NCBI RefSeq assembly: GCF_964355755.1
Contig: NC_092676.1
Span: forward strand, 811,788-875,787
DNA length: 64,000 nucleotides
Source of the DNA: Antedon mediterranea
Taxonomy: Eukaryota > Animalia > Echinodermata
Direction: 5' to 3'
The position numbers and the translations under genes were made by a program. Shown piece by piece: positions 39,331-53,290 of this stretch (position 1 is the stretch's first letter; each line of letters starts with the position of its first letter). The notes beneath the pieces are model-generated. The model was given only the letters and a program-made list of their open reading frames with translations. It had not been told where the DNA came from and did no database searches.

Positions 39331-39781
39331 TTTAGGAGGACTCGGATTTATGGCTTACAGTTACTGCAGTAGGCCTAACACTGAAACGGCCAAGTTCTTA
39401 TCTATGGAATTGAATTCAGGGGCCTACAAACTTTTATTTTTCATACTAAATAATTATTTCTCTGCGTACACGAATTCTCAAAAACAATACGAACAAAAAT
39501 ATTCTTTATTTACTTATCTGTATTTCACCCGTTCTCTTTGTCATTCTTCAATAAACAACTTTTTAGCCTTTGATTGCTTTAAATTTCTATGTCTAGTCTT
39601 AATGCAAAACATCATCATGATAAACCACGCGGAATAATCATGTGTATTAAATTATATTGAATATTTGTAACGATAATGTTAATTGAAAATATTTATCTTT
39701 CAACACGTTTCAACCTTCTAAATTATACAATTTCATATCAATGTCAAATGTTTGCCCACTGACAGCTGCTGTCGTCAAACC

Positions 39782-40193
39782 ATGTCAGCAATAAAACCTT
39801 CAAGATGTATTGTCCCCAAAAACATGAAAAATGAAGATGAATTAAATCAGACTTTGGATAGGTTATTTTAAAGTTTTAATAAAGTTAATCACTTTCGTAT
39901 AAAACAAAAATAAATGGTTAAATTTACCAAAATAGACATTGGCTGGAAGCCAACTATTCTTTCAGTTTCTTCAGGTAAATACATTTTGTATCAAACATTT
40001 TTTAGTCAAAATGGATAACTATTATGTGACATTAACATGGAATATTAACAACAAATATTTGCTAAGAATTCTTTTTTTAGGAGGAATACATCTGTAAGTT
40101 AGTCTAAGAATGTTGTTTGTGTTGTTTTTAAAAATGCTATGATTTTAAATTTTATATTTTAAGGTTGCACCGAGAAAGGGTTCGCAATTCTGA
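39782..40193 (+). CDS. Candidate 4-exon micro-gene (exons 39782-39861, 39936-39974, 40081-40093, 40164-40193; 53 aa), function unknown
   Basis: AAACCATG start and three short GT..AG introns give an open frame: MSAIKPSRCIVPKNMKNEDELNQTLDRHWLEANYSFSFFRRNTSVAPRKGSQF*. Donor 1 and acceptor 1 are weak. Confidence 0.3.
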
Positions 40194-42504
40194 AATTTCT
40201 TTCTCGCTTTTTTATTTATCGTTTTGACTTAGCATTTTGCTTATAACATTTTTATTTGAATCTCCATTATTGAGATCCAGTCATGACTTATGCCCCGCCC
40301 ACATTGTCATTATCAATAATTTGCCTTTTGATTTATATATTTCAAGGTTTATAGGTTTTACATATTGATTTTCAACAGTTTTCAATATTTTTAATAATAT
40401 ATCAACCAATTTTTCATATTCGCATCATCATCATCTTCTAATACTGTACATAACCTCATTTGAGAATGTAACTAATAAATTCGCACTGCGCACATGTCTA
40501 TATAAAATATATTGCTACTGCGCATAGGAGGTATAATCATAGCAAGGACTGTGAAACAAGGCGCAGTATATTACGTGGGACTGTGATCCCAAAGCACAAA
40601 TACAACAGACATTAAGGTACCTATAGTATGGCACGTACAAGTACTCTAGGAACTAAAAATAGAAATTGATTACCAGTCTGTAAATTGAATAATTAATTTT
40701 AAATTTAACTGACCAAATCCAAGACCACTTCCTTATCAACTTCAAAGCAACTGTTCTTAAATTGTGAGTTTAAAAGGCGAAACACTTTGAGCAGGATAGG
40801 TTAATGACACATATGGTAGGCCCTTGGTTGGATTAGTACAAGTCCCCAGCGCCTCATACTAACGTCATCATTAATATCGTGTCTGTGATACTCAACCAAG
40901 CTTTTCTATTTCTTTTTAAAACGTGATTCGATTGTGAGAAATTGTTTCGCATTTTTCGAATTGAGTTGATAATTAACAATGATACAGTCCTTTTAAGTGT
41001 CCACTTTGTGTCATTTAAAACAGGGACATCTGATACAGGTCAACGCCCCTTGGCATGGACATAACGATGTAAATTTACTACAAAATAGAATAGTATTGAT
41101 TGTTCATATAATCCATTTTACCTTTAGACAGATATTTATTTCTCTAATGCATTAAAAAAAAATGTCAATATCATTATCTTTCATTTTATTTCGAGAGAAC
41201 AGAATATTCATTAAATCAACTCAATAGTTTGTAATATTATATTTCAAACAATGTTTACAGGATTTTAACATTTTAAATTGTTACGTTTGCTTGCAATATT
41301 GTATTTATATATACGTGCATTTGATACTGTATTTAAAAAAAGTATCTATATTATAACGTAATAAGAGTACTTGCTGTTTATATTATATAATATTTACATT
41401 ATTGACTTGTTTATTAACTGAAGGAGTTGGAAGTATATACTAACTTGTGTAAACTTTCTTTTTGTTTCGTCTGCCGATTAATGTCGTTATTCATTTAACA
41501 ATACATTTTATTTTTCAATGTTAACTTTTCTGGTAATGATAAAATATTATTGCTTAAAAAAAGTTATTTATTTTCCAAGTACAATAACAAGTAAGACAAG
41601 GTCATTCGTAGGTCAAGTTATTTAAAAAAAAAGAAATAATTTTGAGTGCGATTATCGCATTAGTTCCAATATACTGCGTCTGTCATAACTAAACTTGAGT
41701 CACAAATCCTTTATTTGGATTATGCCATATTGTATGTATTGTGGGTATGCTTGGAATCATATTAAAGTATGGGAGGCTAATCAGTGTATGGAACGCTTAG
41801 AGTGCATATTAATACACGTCGAGCAGATTAATGAATGATGCCATTACTAATATCATACTATACCTTTGATTGGTTTGTATGTCATTATATGAATTATTCC
41901 TTGAAATAGATTGGATGTCACTTAAATGTATATGGAACGCTTAAAAGACCAAAGTACCAACGTAGACAACGATACGATGAATAATTATCAGTATCGAAGC
42001 TTATTAGGCATATCATTAGGTTCTCCGATGAAGGTGCACTGATGGTCCTTTAGATTGGGGACTTTTGCCATATGCGCGGGCCTGGGTACACGTATAAGAA
42101 TAGGCCTAAACAACATGGGAAAGAGCAATTCACGTTACGTTCATGTCATCATCATTGCTAAATATTTGAGATAATATAAGTTCATGATGTGAACACTATC
42201 CACGAGAGTGAAATAATTGATGAGATAAACTAGGTTTACATAAAAATGTTCTGACAGAAATCGATAATATTTGCTTCTTGCTGATAATGGGTTTAATTAC
42301 AAATCTCTTTAGGATATTGAATGTAGCCTTTAGGTTGATTTCAAGTTTAATGTATACATATTAAAAGTATAATTAATTTAAAAGTCCAATATTTTCTAAT
42401 TATAATTAAACATCGACATATACATTATATTTTCTCATTAACGTTATTTGAGTTATCAATTTTTTTTATTATTTATAAAAGACGAAATAAATGAACCGAA
42501 ATGT

Positions 42505-42668
42505 CCCTGTTCAGACGTACGGAGATATGCTTTCGTATCGTACGCCGCGGCGTACAACTGAACAAGGAAAAGATTATCATTCGTTCGTACGAAAGCTGAA
42601 ATACGATACGAAAGCATTGCTACAATAATCAGTGTAAAATGATGTTACTGTCTGTAAGACAGACCTTA
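42505..42668. mobile_element. Small MITE-like inverted-repeat element
   Basis: Perfect IR ATGCTTTCGTATCGTA / TACGATACGAAAGCAT, with degenerate outer ends. Confidence 0.5.
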
Positions 42669-43465
42669 GAATTAATAAACCAAATGTAATATAAATATAT
42701 TAAATTAATAATAGTTAAGTTGAATTAAATACAAGTTATTTTGTGGATAATGTTTATTCCTTTTGGAGGAACGTTTCACCGACGTTGATTAATGTATAGT
42801 AGAAATTGAAAGTTGCATAATATATTGCATAACAACTGCACCGTATTTCTGGGAAAGATAAAAAAATAATTGAAATATATTTACTCAACCCCACAGTTGA
42901 TCGAAAAACACAAGTCGTTGTACGATAGTCGTAAGCCCGTTGAATTGATTTTAATGGATTTTGTATAAGCGAGTCTCAGGCGACGAATGAATCAATTTAT
43001 TTCTGATCTTCTTGTATCAAATGTTGTAATGATGTAATCCTGGCAAAGAGTTACGAGGAACACTAATCCATCAGGATTATTTCTCATTTCAATAAACGAA
43101 ATTGCATAAATTAATGATATTGACTTAGTAAATCAGTAAATGTAAATACGACACTTAAGATTGTTTGTGAAATAATAAGCGACAGTTCAAATGACTCGTC
43201 GCTTGTGATTGGTCAAATTACAAATTTAAAAAAAATTTCCGTAACCTTGATATAATTCTAAAATGATTAAAGTGAACTGTGTTCATTGTTCTATTTTATT
43301 TTGTGTACATTTTAAAAATTGCATGGAATATAAAACGAGCAGATATTACAAAATTAAAAATAAATATTGACATTTAAATGAATTGGAATTCGAAAAGTGA
43401 CTCACAAATTACATAAAACCTTTACGAATTTGAAAAACACGACTGAAATAAAAAACAGTTTATAG

Positions 43466-43663
43466 AAACTATATGGTGAACTATGACTTATGAAACATTC
43501 ATCAGCGGTAGGTCTACAAACTATATGGTGTAGACTTAAACTATGACTTATTAGGCTATTATGAAACATTCATCAGCGGTAGGTCTACAAACTATATGGT
43601 GTAGACTTAAACTATGACTTATTAGGCTATTATGAAACATTCATCAGCGGTAGGTCTACAAAC
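43466..43663. repeat. 71-bp tandem repeat, ~2.7 copies
   Basis: AAACTATATGGTGTAGACTTAAACTATGACTTATTAGGCTATTATGAAACATTCATCAGCGGTAGGTCTAC repeated. Confidence 0.92.
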
Positions 43664-43879
43664 CAGGGCATTGTGTTGTTACTAATTATAACCAACTCAT
43701 CATAATAAAAAAAACTGGAAACTAATAATCGACAAAAGTTTCTAATAATGCGGAAATCTTTCAAAGTATTAATGACAGCATGTCTTTGTTTTGCCTGTAC
43801 TTTAATGACTTTGCATTAGACATGCAAATGCTTCTTTCATCACATTTTAAACCCGGTAGTGTCATATTCCATATGGGTG

Positions 43880-44180
43880 AGTCAACGACCACACGGCAGT
43901 GTTACATCATTACGTTTTTTCTGATTTTTAAATTTCAACCGAAATAAAACCATAATTCTAGCAAAAAAATAAATAAAACTAGATCCATGCGAGGACCAAG
44001 GTTCATATTGGTGTGAAATTCAATTAATACGGTTTTTGTCAACGACCACACTGTGTTACATTATTGCGTTTATCTGATTTCAAATTTTAACCGTGATAAA
44101 ACTATATAGCAAAAAATAAATAAAACTAGCAGGGACCAAGGTTCATATTGGTGTGAAATGTAATGAATATGGTTTTGTGT
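43880..44180. repeat. Diverged ~155-bp tandem duplication
   Basis: GTCAACGACCACAC...AAATAAATAAAACTAG...GGACCAAGGTTCATATTGGTGTGAAAT occurs twice. Confidence 0.85.
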
Positions 44181-44959
44181 TTATCTGCATTGGTGAGCGG
44201 GTTTGGCGAATTTAGAAGATCAAGCGAGATAGGGATTATTGAGTAAGGGCTGACTGTACTTTCCCCAAGTCTGCAGTAATACTTCGAGGCTTTTCGGTGT
44301 TTGTCTGTATACAAACTCAAATATTACCCGTCTTTCAACTAATAGGCCTACTAAGTCAAAACTCCGTCTAGATCCCGGCGGAATCTGGACTGTACTTGGC
44401 AAATTCAAATCTTTAAAATGTTACAATTTTAAATCAAGCATTATGAGACGCCGCGATACGCCAAATGACGAAAAACGGCGCGCAAACATTGACAGTAACA
44501 TAAAACATCACGCAGTCGCATTGATAAAAAAATACGACTTACACAAACATTTTTCAATAAGGCGATTAGTTGACAATAATACCATAATTAAGTTAATAAA
44601 CTGATATAGCTACAAGCATTTGAATGTAATGTATCGTACGTCCTACGGCTACCAACAGATTGACATAGGCAGACTTAATTGCATTTGTATAATTACATTT
44701 ATTTAACCTCTCAGTCAACGACTCTATCTAACAGTTCTGATGGGATTATTCATTTTTATCTCCAGAGATGAACAGAGATTATTTGGATACTTTTTAGACA
44801 CAAATAAATGCCATGCCTATAGCGTGAAATTACGACATAAGCCTATGTTAGATGTAATAATAATTCTAATAAAAACACCCACATTACATGCGTTTTTCGT
44901 ATGGTGGTACTGGGGGAGAAAGAAACGAGTCACTAATCTTAACTTTGCAGTCCTTGATT

Positions 44960-45113
44960 ACGGTCCCACTTGGACGCAACGCAATGACGTAGGCGCAATG
45001 CAAGTTAGTTGATCAATCACAAATGATATAGGATGATCGGTCACTCGTCTTGATTGGTCAAATTACTCGCGGTGGGTTTCGTCATTGCGTTTTGTCGAAT
45101 TTGGAACTAAGTT
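44960..45113. mobile_element. Degenerate MITE family B-related copy
   Basis: GGTCCCACTTGGACGCAACGCAATGACG...GATTGGTCAA...GGAACTAAGT. Confidence 0.7.
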
Positions 45114-45558
45114 TGGACCCATCATGATTATCAACATTATATTAAATGATAATCAAGTTAGTATCCTCGTTATCACCGACATTCATCATGTTGTTGATAC
45201 TTTTAAAAAATTATTAAAAACACATTTATTCATTAAGGCATATGGAAATCATGAGGTTTCTTAAAGTTCTAGAATTGTATAGTATACTTTTTCCTGACCA
45301 GCATTATCTTTGGGGTGCCTCTGTCTTGGTTGTTGTCTCTGAGCACCCGGTCGTCTGTGGCAAGCCAAATGTGTATCCTGTTCCTTTGTTTGGTCACCTA
45401 GGTAGCTAGGGGTCCGGGACCGCGACAGAACGAAAACGGATGGGGACCCTCCAAAGAAATTGCATTTTATTTGTCGGGCATTTGTATGATTTGTTTTATT
45501 TATTTTTTTTTTAATGTGCCTTGAGCACTCTTGAGTGGTATGTGCGCTATAAAAATCC

Positions 45559-45589
<31 letters not shown>

Positions 45590-47329
45590 GTTCGTTATTG
45601 ACTTATATTCAGCGCATAATGACGTCATACACGACCATGATGTATAATACATCATGGTCGTGTATGGTGTTGGACCCAACATAATTACGTACGCGAAAGC
45701 AATTTGAACAACCACTGTGATTGGATAAACAATCAGTGGTTGGATAAAATTGCGTTGTGTTAAACGTCGTTGTATTGGACGCAACGTAATTACGTACGCG
45801 CAACCAATTTTAACCGAAAAGTGATGAACCAGTGAGTTAACGTCCTCAGTGGGAACCAAGCCTCGGAATTAATTTTCTCAACATGCATACGTTTTATGTG
45901 TTTTAATAGTTATTTCTTGACAATAGTGAAAAAAAGTTTTGATAGTTTTACCATAAACTCTGCTGATAGGTTTAACGGGTAAAATATGAGACAGATGCAA
46001 GAGAATAACAATCTAGTTAATGAGCCTCAGAGGTCTCAGCAAAACTGCCTATTCAATCATACAACAATAATGACAATACCATCTAATATACAAACATTAC
46101 TATGTATTATCTTTACTCCGTACTTTAACAATATCCTAAAGTGTAATCCATCACCTTTATCATTCGTCCAACTACCTTTCTCCAAATGAACTCTCCACGG
46201 ATGATATCCCCCACTCATTACGGACTTTATTTTACGAGATACTATTAACATCACTGAAGATCTCACAGGGATGAAAGAAAAACGGCGCTGTAAATTAGTA
46301 TTGTGTTTTGTCGGTGATGAAACAACTTAACATTTATAATGATAACATTAATGATTATGAGCACGTGATGATAATGAGAATTTAATCTTTTGTCTCTCAA
46401 GATTTGGATACTTTTTCTTGAGCCTTGATTAACGAGTAAACAGAGTGTGTACATTAGCAGTGTACTGTTACTTGATTAGATATTCACATTGCGATATTAA
46501 TGAATCCTCCTAAGATCAAACTGTGATAATAATCTCACCAACTTTGATTAAGTCACGATATTAAATCAGAAAATAATAAACACGAGAACACAAGACACAA
46601 TTAATAATAGTAACTAGAGTGTTATTGTTGCAGCGTAGGTTTAGTGTATTGTGTCTCATTAGATCTGTTTTCTTTAAAACACACTAATGATGATATGTCA
46701 TGTATCGTCATCTTCTTCTCACATTAGACGTGATAGTGTGTCTAAATGCAATTTAGCCTTTACTATTAAGTTAAAAATAATACTATTGTTTGAAAACAAA
46801 GATCAGAATGAATATATCAATGCTGATCACGAAGAGAATGTTTGAATTCATAATCAGTACAGAATATCTTAAAGGAAAGACAATCATAACCTTACTGCTC
46901 GGATGACCTCTCGTTATCACGCGCCACGCAAATATTGAGTCTAACAGTCATTCTGTGCAACTTCTAACCACAATTCTGTAACTTTCATACCATTTGTAAC
47001 ATACAGTCAACTATGATTCTTTCTCAGTACAAAAAAAAAAAAACATATAATAACTACAACTATTTATTTATTTATTTATAGCCTATAGTATTTTTTTAAA
47101 ACCTTCTTTTCTCTTTCATATTCCTTTGTATGCTTGTTTATTATTCCACATTAAATATTTATTATGACTTTACCTTACATTAGGAAATAATATACATTGA
47201 TGACAGCCATGAAATAGAATCAGTCATCAATAAACTGATAATATAATTTAATGATTGAAAAAGAATCATATCGTAGAAAAATGATTGAATTGAAATATGT
47301 TTTGCATTATGCATTTTGCATGTACCTTA

Positions 47330-47475
47330 AGCTCTGTCTACACCATCAAATTATAGTTTGAATGTCCAAATATGGTAGTGATTTACCCATATATGTAGTG
47401 ATATGACATCATCATGTCCATATATAGGCACATCACATTTTTTGTTACATAAAGTTTGATAGTTTAGACAAAGCT
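47330..47475. mobile_element. Full-length MITE family A
   Basis: Both TIRs present, TSD TTA/TTA. Confidence 0.92.
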
Positions 47476-48700
47476 TTAAACATGGCACTCGTCTGATGAA
47501 TGTACAATGTTCCAACAACATTATGATTTTCTTTTAGTCTGATTGAACGACAAGGGGAAGGAAGAATTAAGTGTAAACGGACAACGAACTTCGAATTGTA
47601 AAAAGCGGAATTAGAACAACCAATACGATGCAGATATCGCACATGTTCTCATTTCCTTGTCAGTAATTTCTATACAAGATCATGTCTTGGTGTCGTCTGC
47701 TAGTGCATTTCGCGCCAAATTAAACTGATTGCAATTACAAAATCCTTGAACCAGTAGCAGTATTTAAATGTATGTATGATTTGTAAATAATAGCCTGTTT
47801 ACACGTACCACACAAGACATGGCGTACGCCTGGCGTAGTCTACCCCTGGCGTGTGAACGGGGTCTCGCGCTTAAACTTAAGTGTTAACAATAATTTTGAT
47901 TTGGAGTTAGACTTGCTCAAACTCTTTGCCACAATTTAGCGTTTCACACTTTCGAGTTGTATTGCCAGCTGAAGTATGTATGAAACGCTATGTGTGTCAA
48001 ATATTTTACCAACATTAAGTCGAATCGCTGTCTAGGAACGTAGACTAAACAAGAAGAGGTACCATTTGGTTCATCGCTCTTTCCTTAGTCCACTCACCTC
48101 TATAGTATAGTGAGATATAATAGTACTGGTATGTCCTATGAACTATTTTTATTATGTTTATGGCATTTAGGATAGGTAGGCCTAACAGTACAATGGCCTA
48201 TTTCTGCATACTGCATGCCTACATACTCTTTCGTCATTAATCATGAAAACATTTACAGTTGATATTTAAAAGTAATAATAATTTCACCGTTGCAAAATGT
48301 ATTGAAAACATAATACTTGATGTGCAAGTCAACAACATGTTGCACTTATACTTATTAATACTTGACACATGGTAAAGTACGTCACCATTGGAAATACGAC
48401 CCAACACGATTAATACCCAACAATTAGCCTGATTGGTTCATGACGTAACGAATAAAGTTGTTGATAATAAAAATAGAGGATGATGAGTCATAATGGCTCT
48501 CAATAATGTTATTGATGAAGTGTGTATCATAAAATCTAGATCTAATAGTAATGTATAGATTTAGAAATAAATTTTCATTAACACTCAATTTACTCACAAT
48601 TAGACTATGCTGTATTGCACTTTGTATATTCCTAACAATACGACCGGCACTGATGATTCATGGCATTTTTCTATGTAATTAAAATATGTGTACATCATGA

Positions 48701-49900
48701 TATAACGATACACAGCACTATAATACATCCACCGCACTTCTTCAATTAACAAATGAAATTGTTGGGGCTTTCGAGAGGGGTGAATTTGCCATTGGTATTT
48801 TCATTGACCTCTCGAAGGCCTTTGATACAATTGATCACGATATTTTATTATATAAATTACATACTTATGGAATCCGTGGCCCTGTATATAATTTATTCAA
48901 AAGCTACCTTTCAAACCGCAAGCAATGCACTAAATTTAAACACACCCTTTCTGATTTTCTTCCTATTATTTGTGGAGTCCCTCAAGGTTCCCTGCTTGGA
49001 CCTCTATTATTTTTATTATACATAAATGATATCCATAATGCCTCAAATATGTTTTCTTTTCTGTTGTATGCTGATGACACAACCCTTATTTACACTGATA
49101 AAAATATAGATTCCCTTTTTAAAATATCAACCGAAAATCTACCCAAAATTTTAACATACTTTTCTGCAAACAAACTTTCTGTTAATCTAAAGAAGTGCTG
49201 TTGTATGGTGTTCAAAAATTCACAAATACCACTAAATACTAGTACTTTTAAACTAAAAATTAAAGATCAATTAATACCTATTGTTGAGAAAACTAAATTT
49301 CTTGGTGTTTATCTGGACTGTAAGCTAAATTGGAAACATCAGATTACTCAAGTCGAAAACAAAATATCCAAAAGTTCTGGTATCATATATAGATTATCAT
49401 CTTTCATCCCTCAAAACATACTCCGGATTCTTTACTGTTCACTAATCCTCCCTTACCTCACTTACTGTAATATTATTTGGGGTAATACATACCCGTCCTA
49501 CTTAAACAAACTGTTATTGATCCAAAAGAAAACCGTAAGATACATAGCAAATGCTTCTCCTTTATCCCATTCCAATCCTTTATTTTCTTCATTTGGTCTT
49601 CTTAAAATTCAGGATATTAACCATCTTCAACAAAGTGTTTTCCTCTATTCATGGCTAAACTCGATCCTGCCATCACACTTTGATGATTTATTTAGTTTCA
49701 ATCTTAATTTTCATAACCACAGTACTCGGAGCGCAAATCAAATACGTATTCCTTTTTTTAAAACTACTTCTTTTAAACATAGCATTAAGTTCACTGGTCC
49801 TAAACTTTGGGATAACGTACCAGTTAATATAAAAAGTGCTTTGTCTAAGAAGAGTTTCTCTTTTAAATTGAAACGGCACCTCTTATCTAGTTATGTTTAA
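48701..49900 (+). pseudogene. Reverse transcriptase and C-terminal region of LINE ORF2 (open, no start; ~400 codons)
   Basis: The frame is open from 48701, upstream of the track ATG at 49049. Motifs: STALLQLTNEI, GIFIDLSKAFDTIDH, CGVPQGSLLGPLLFLLYIND, YADDTT, KFLGVYLD, YCNIIWGNT, GPKLWD. Confidence 0.93.
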
Positions 49901-50150
49901 TTATCCTTTCACTCATTGTAGATATTTAGTTTTTTCGGTACCCTGAATCTAAAAGTCTTCATTACTGTTTTTGTCCTGTTTCCGGTTCCCGTGTTGTCCT
50001 GTTTTTTTTTTTTTTCATTTTCTATGGGCTGCCTTATACAAGCTTTGCTTTTTAGGAATGTTGCCCCTCTTATTTTAATAATTTTTACTGTTAATTTTTA
50101 TTTTCTATGAAAGACAAGAGAAATAAATGTTACTTTGATTGATTGATTGA
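48701..50150 (+). mobile_element. 5'-truncated non-LTR retrotransposon of the CR1/L2 group (L2/Crack/Daphne-like)
   Basis: RT coding remnant, then a 3' UTR containing TATACAAGCTTTGCTTTT, AATAAA at 50122 and a (TTGA)4 tail at 50135-50150. Confidence 0.92.
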
Positions 50151-50155
50151 TGAGC

Positions 50156-50876
50156 AGCCGGGTGTGGCAACAACCCCCGGGAATGTAATGTATACGGGGG
50201 ATCAACGTTTATCAATGTACGTAATTCATTAGCCGGGTGTGGAAACAACCCCCGGGGAATGTAATGTACATGGGGGATCGACGTTTAGAAATGTACGTAA
50301 TTCATTAGCCGGGTGTAGCAACACGCCCAGGGGAATGTAATGTAATCGGGGGATCGACGTTTAGCAATGTACGTAATTCATTAGCCGGGTGTGGCAACAA
50401 CCCCCGGGGAATGTAATGTAAACGGAGGATCGACGTTTAGCAATGTACCTAATTCATTAGCCGGGTGTGGCAACACGCCCAGGGAAATGTAATGTAAACG
50501 GGGGATCGACGTTTAGCAATGAACGTAATTCATTAGCCGGGTGTGGCAACACGCCCAGGGGAATGTAATGTAAACGGGGGATCGACGTTTAGCAATGTAC
50601 GTAATTCATTAGCCGGGTGTGGCAACACGCCCAGGGGAATGTAATGTAAACGGGGGATCGACGTTTAGCAATGAACGTAATTCTTTAGCCGGGTGTGGAA
50701 ACAAGTCCCGGGGAATGTAATGTAAACGGGGGATCGACGTTTGCCAATGTACGTAATTCTTTAGCCGGGTGTGGCAACAACCCCCGTGGAATGTAATGTA
50801 AACGGGGGATCAACGTTTAACAATGTACGTCCATTAGCCGGGTGTGGCAACAACCCCCCAATGTAGTGTAAACGGC
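50156..50876. repeat. 76-bp minisatellite, ~9.5 copies
   Basis: Unit AGCCGGGTGTGGCAACACGCCCAGGGGAATGTAATGTAAACGGGGGATCGACGTTTAGCAATGTACGTAATTCATT. Confidence 0.97.
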
Positions 50877-52841
50877 AATGCATGTTTTAACAGTTGTAAC
50901 AATGTCAGTATTCATTCCTGATGTATTCTCTTACATGAATTAGGTTGATTGATTTAAAAAGCACGTGAGACGGATGCGTTGTGAATATAAATGCGTTGTT
51001 CATGTTAATGGGTGAAAGTGTACCCGTGTTCTTTAATAAAACTGATCACTTATATTAATTCAGTTCACCGACACGCCACATACTATCTATTTCCGAAGTA
51101 TCATAGAGTATTTGGTAATACAGCATCACATGTGGTGCCTGTATCACGTAAGGTTGGGTTAAGGTTACTACTAGATAATGTGAAACACGTATTTACCAAA
51201 TATTCTTATGATACTCTGGAAATAGATACAGTACCAAGAAGAATCACCTGAAAAACTCGTCATCAATACACAATATACATTTTTCCAATAAATACTGATA
51301 ACACTATAATCAAAAACAAGCAGGAGTTAGTTAATGGCCACCGATTTGAGACAAACAATACGATGAAAAAAAAAATCTGTTTAAATCGTGTGATCTACCT
51401 CAATGTGAGGATTGTTGTTTAATAAAAAACACTAACATGTATTTGTCACGCTACATCATGTTCTTCTGCAGGCTGGCAAGCTAGTTCAACAAATAAAAAA
51501 CATATTGAAATTAGTTTCATGTAAATTGTTTTCTTACACACAAAGCAGATGGCTGAGTTATTTGTAACAAGAGTGTGTAACAAATGCCAGTCGAGTCTGC
51601 AGCCACATAAAATCAACCAACTATACACTATTAAAAAATCATCAAGCGTTTCTCAATTTCTGTATGTAAACGAAATATATTATTTAAACGCCTCATTTCA
51701 AACAGTCCTCATAAATATTACAATTCAAATAAATTGAATGCCTTAAGTTGAACGACCGTCGGTTCTTTAGAATGTTTAATTGTTCGCAATGCTGCGCTAT
51801 GCATCACAATGTATTGCAATGCTGCTCTATGCATCACAATGTATTGCAATTTGAAATGACTAATTCCGATAGAAAAATAACACAAATGTCGCCGATTCAT
51901 CTCGTCTTAAATGACAATATACACCAAAAAGTGGCTGCAAATCAGTTGTACCTGTTCTAATTCATTGTTCACGTGACTGTTTGCCCAGATCGTATCGTCT
52001 GCTTTAGATTCAGACGAACAAAGCTAAGGATTTTCTAAGCTTAGCTCATCATACAATCTATCATCAATCAGGACTGTTTATCCAAAATTCAATTACAGTT
52101 TAACAATGAAAAACCCTGAACACAGTTCAATGTTCCATTATATTCTTTAATTAAATTACGATAGATCATTGTGTCGAAAGGCATGAAAGGATCACAATTA
52201 TATTTTAAGAGTAAGCCAAAATATCCACTGTCAATATTACCCTCCTTGACGCGCACGTGACGCCCTATAGAGTACGTATTATGTATGCCGATTAAACAGT
52301 AACGATTTATATACAATTCTTTTTCATTTCAATTATACCATTTTACGGTCGTCGCGCGCGCCCAACGCACAATTTTTTTCGGCGTCGGTCGTTTGCATCG
52401 TGTCGCTCAATTCAAAAACACTAATTTATTCCCGTGATTTCAAGAAAGGGATATTTTGAGTAAATATAGGCCTAAAAAGGGGTAAAACTGTGAGTAAATA
52501 TCTATCTTTAAAACTCCAAGTAGGTCATATTCAAACACATTTAAAGCACATCAGGCAGCGTTTATTAGGCGTTTACACCAGCAGTATGGTACTCACGATT
52601 GAATTAAAAATTAAATTAGATTTAATTTAATTTGAATACCGATAACTAGTGCAAGTCAGCGGCAGCATATGAACTGCTGTCCAGATGTTGACGAAAAAAG
52701 CTTTTTATAACGACGTTTGTTAGTTTAACAAATCAAAGTATTTCCTCTTACAAATTGAGTGTTTTTCTAGAATTTGCATTGTGCATTGGTGGATTTATTT
52801 CTTTCCAACATCTACTTCCTTTTTGGATAAACGAACATTAA

Positions 52842-53290
52842 AGCTTGGTTCCCACTAGAACGTAACGCAAGGACGTAAACGCAACGCAAGCGTTTTAACC
52901 AATGACAAGCGAAGTTATAGACATTTAGCAATCACAAGCGAATAAGCCATCGCTTGTGATTGGTCAATTCACTTGCGTTGCGTTACGTCCTTGCGTTGCG
53001 TCGCTAGTGAGAACCACGCTCCAAGCTCGGTTCCCACTAGGACGTAACGCAAGGACGTAGACGCAACGCAAGCGAGTTGACCAATCACAAACGACAGTTC
53101 GAATAATCCATCTCTGGAGATTGGTCAAATCATACGATTCATCAATACACTGACATTGGTCGATTTTTAAAGCTTAGTTCCCAACGCAACGCAAGCGCAA
53201 CGCGCCAATCACAGCGCAATAAATCATCAGTTATCGCGTCGTGATTGGTAAAATTACAAGTTGCGCTTACGTCTTTACGCTGGGTCCTTA
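52842..53290. mobile_element. Three adjacent MITE family B copies (52842-53020 most intact; 53024-~53135; ~53171-53290)
   Basis: TAA|AGCTTGGTTCCCACTAGAACGTAACGCAAGGACG...CGTCCTTGCGTTGCGTCGCTAGTGAGAACCACGCT forms a ~180-bp hairpin. Confidence 0.92.

Noticed and set aside
48753-49025. 90-aa track ORF
   Set aside because: Alternative frame over the LINE reverse transcriptase.
50156-50876. CRISPR-like appearance of the 76-bp array
   Set aside because: Units are repeated in full with no unique spacers, there are no cas genes, and the context is eukaryotic.
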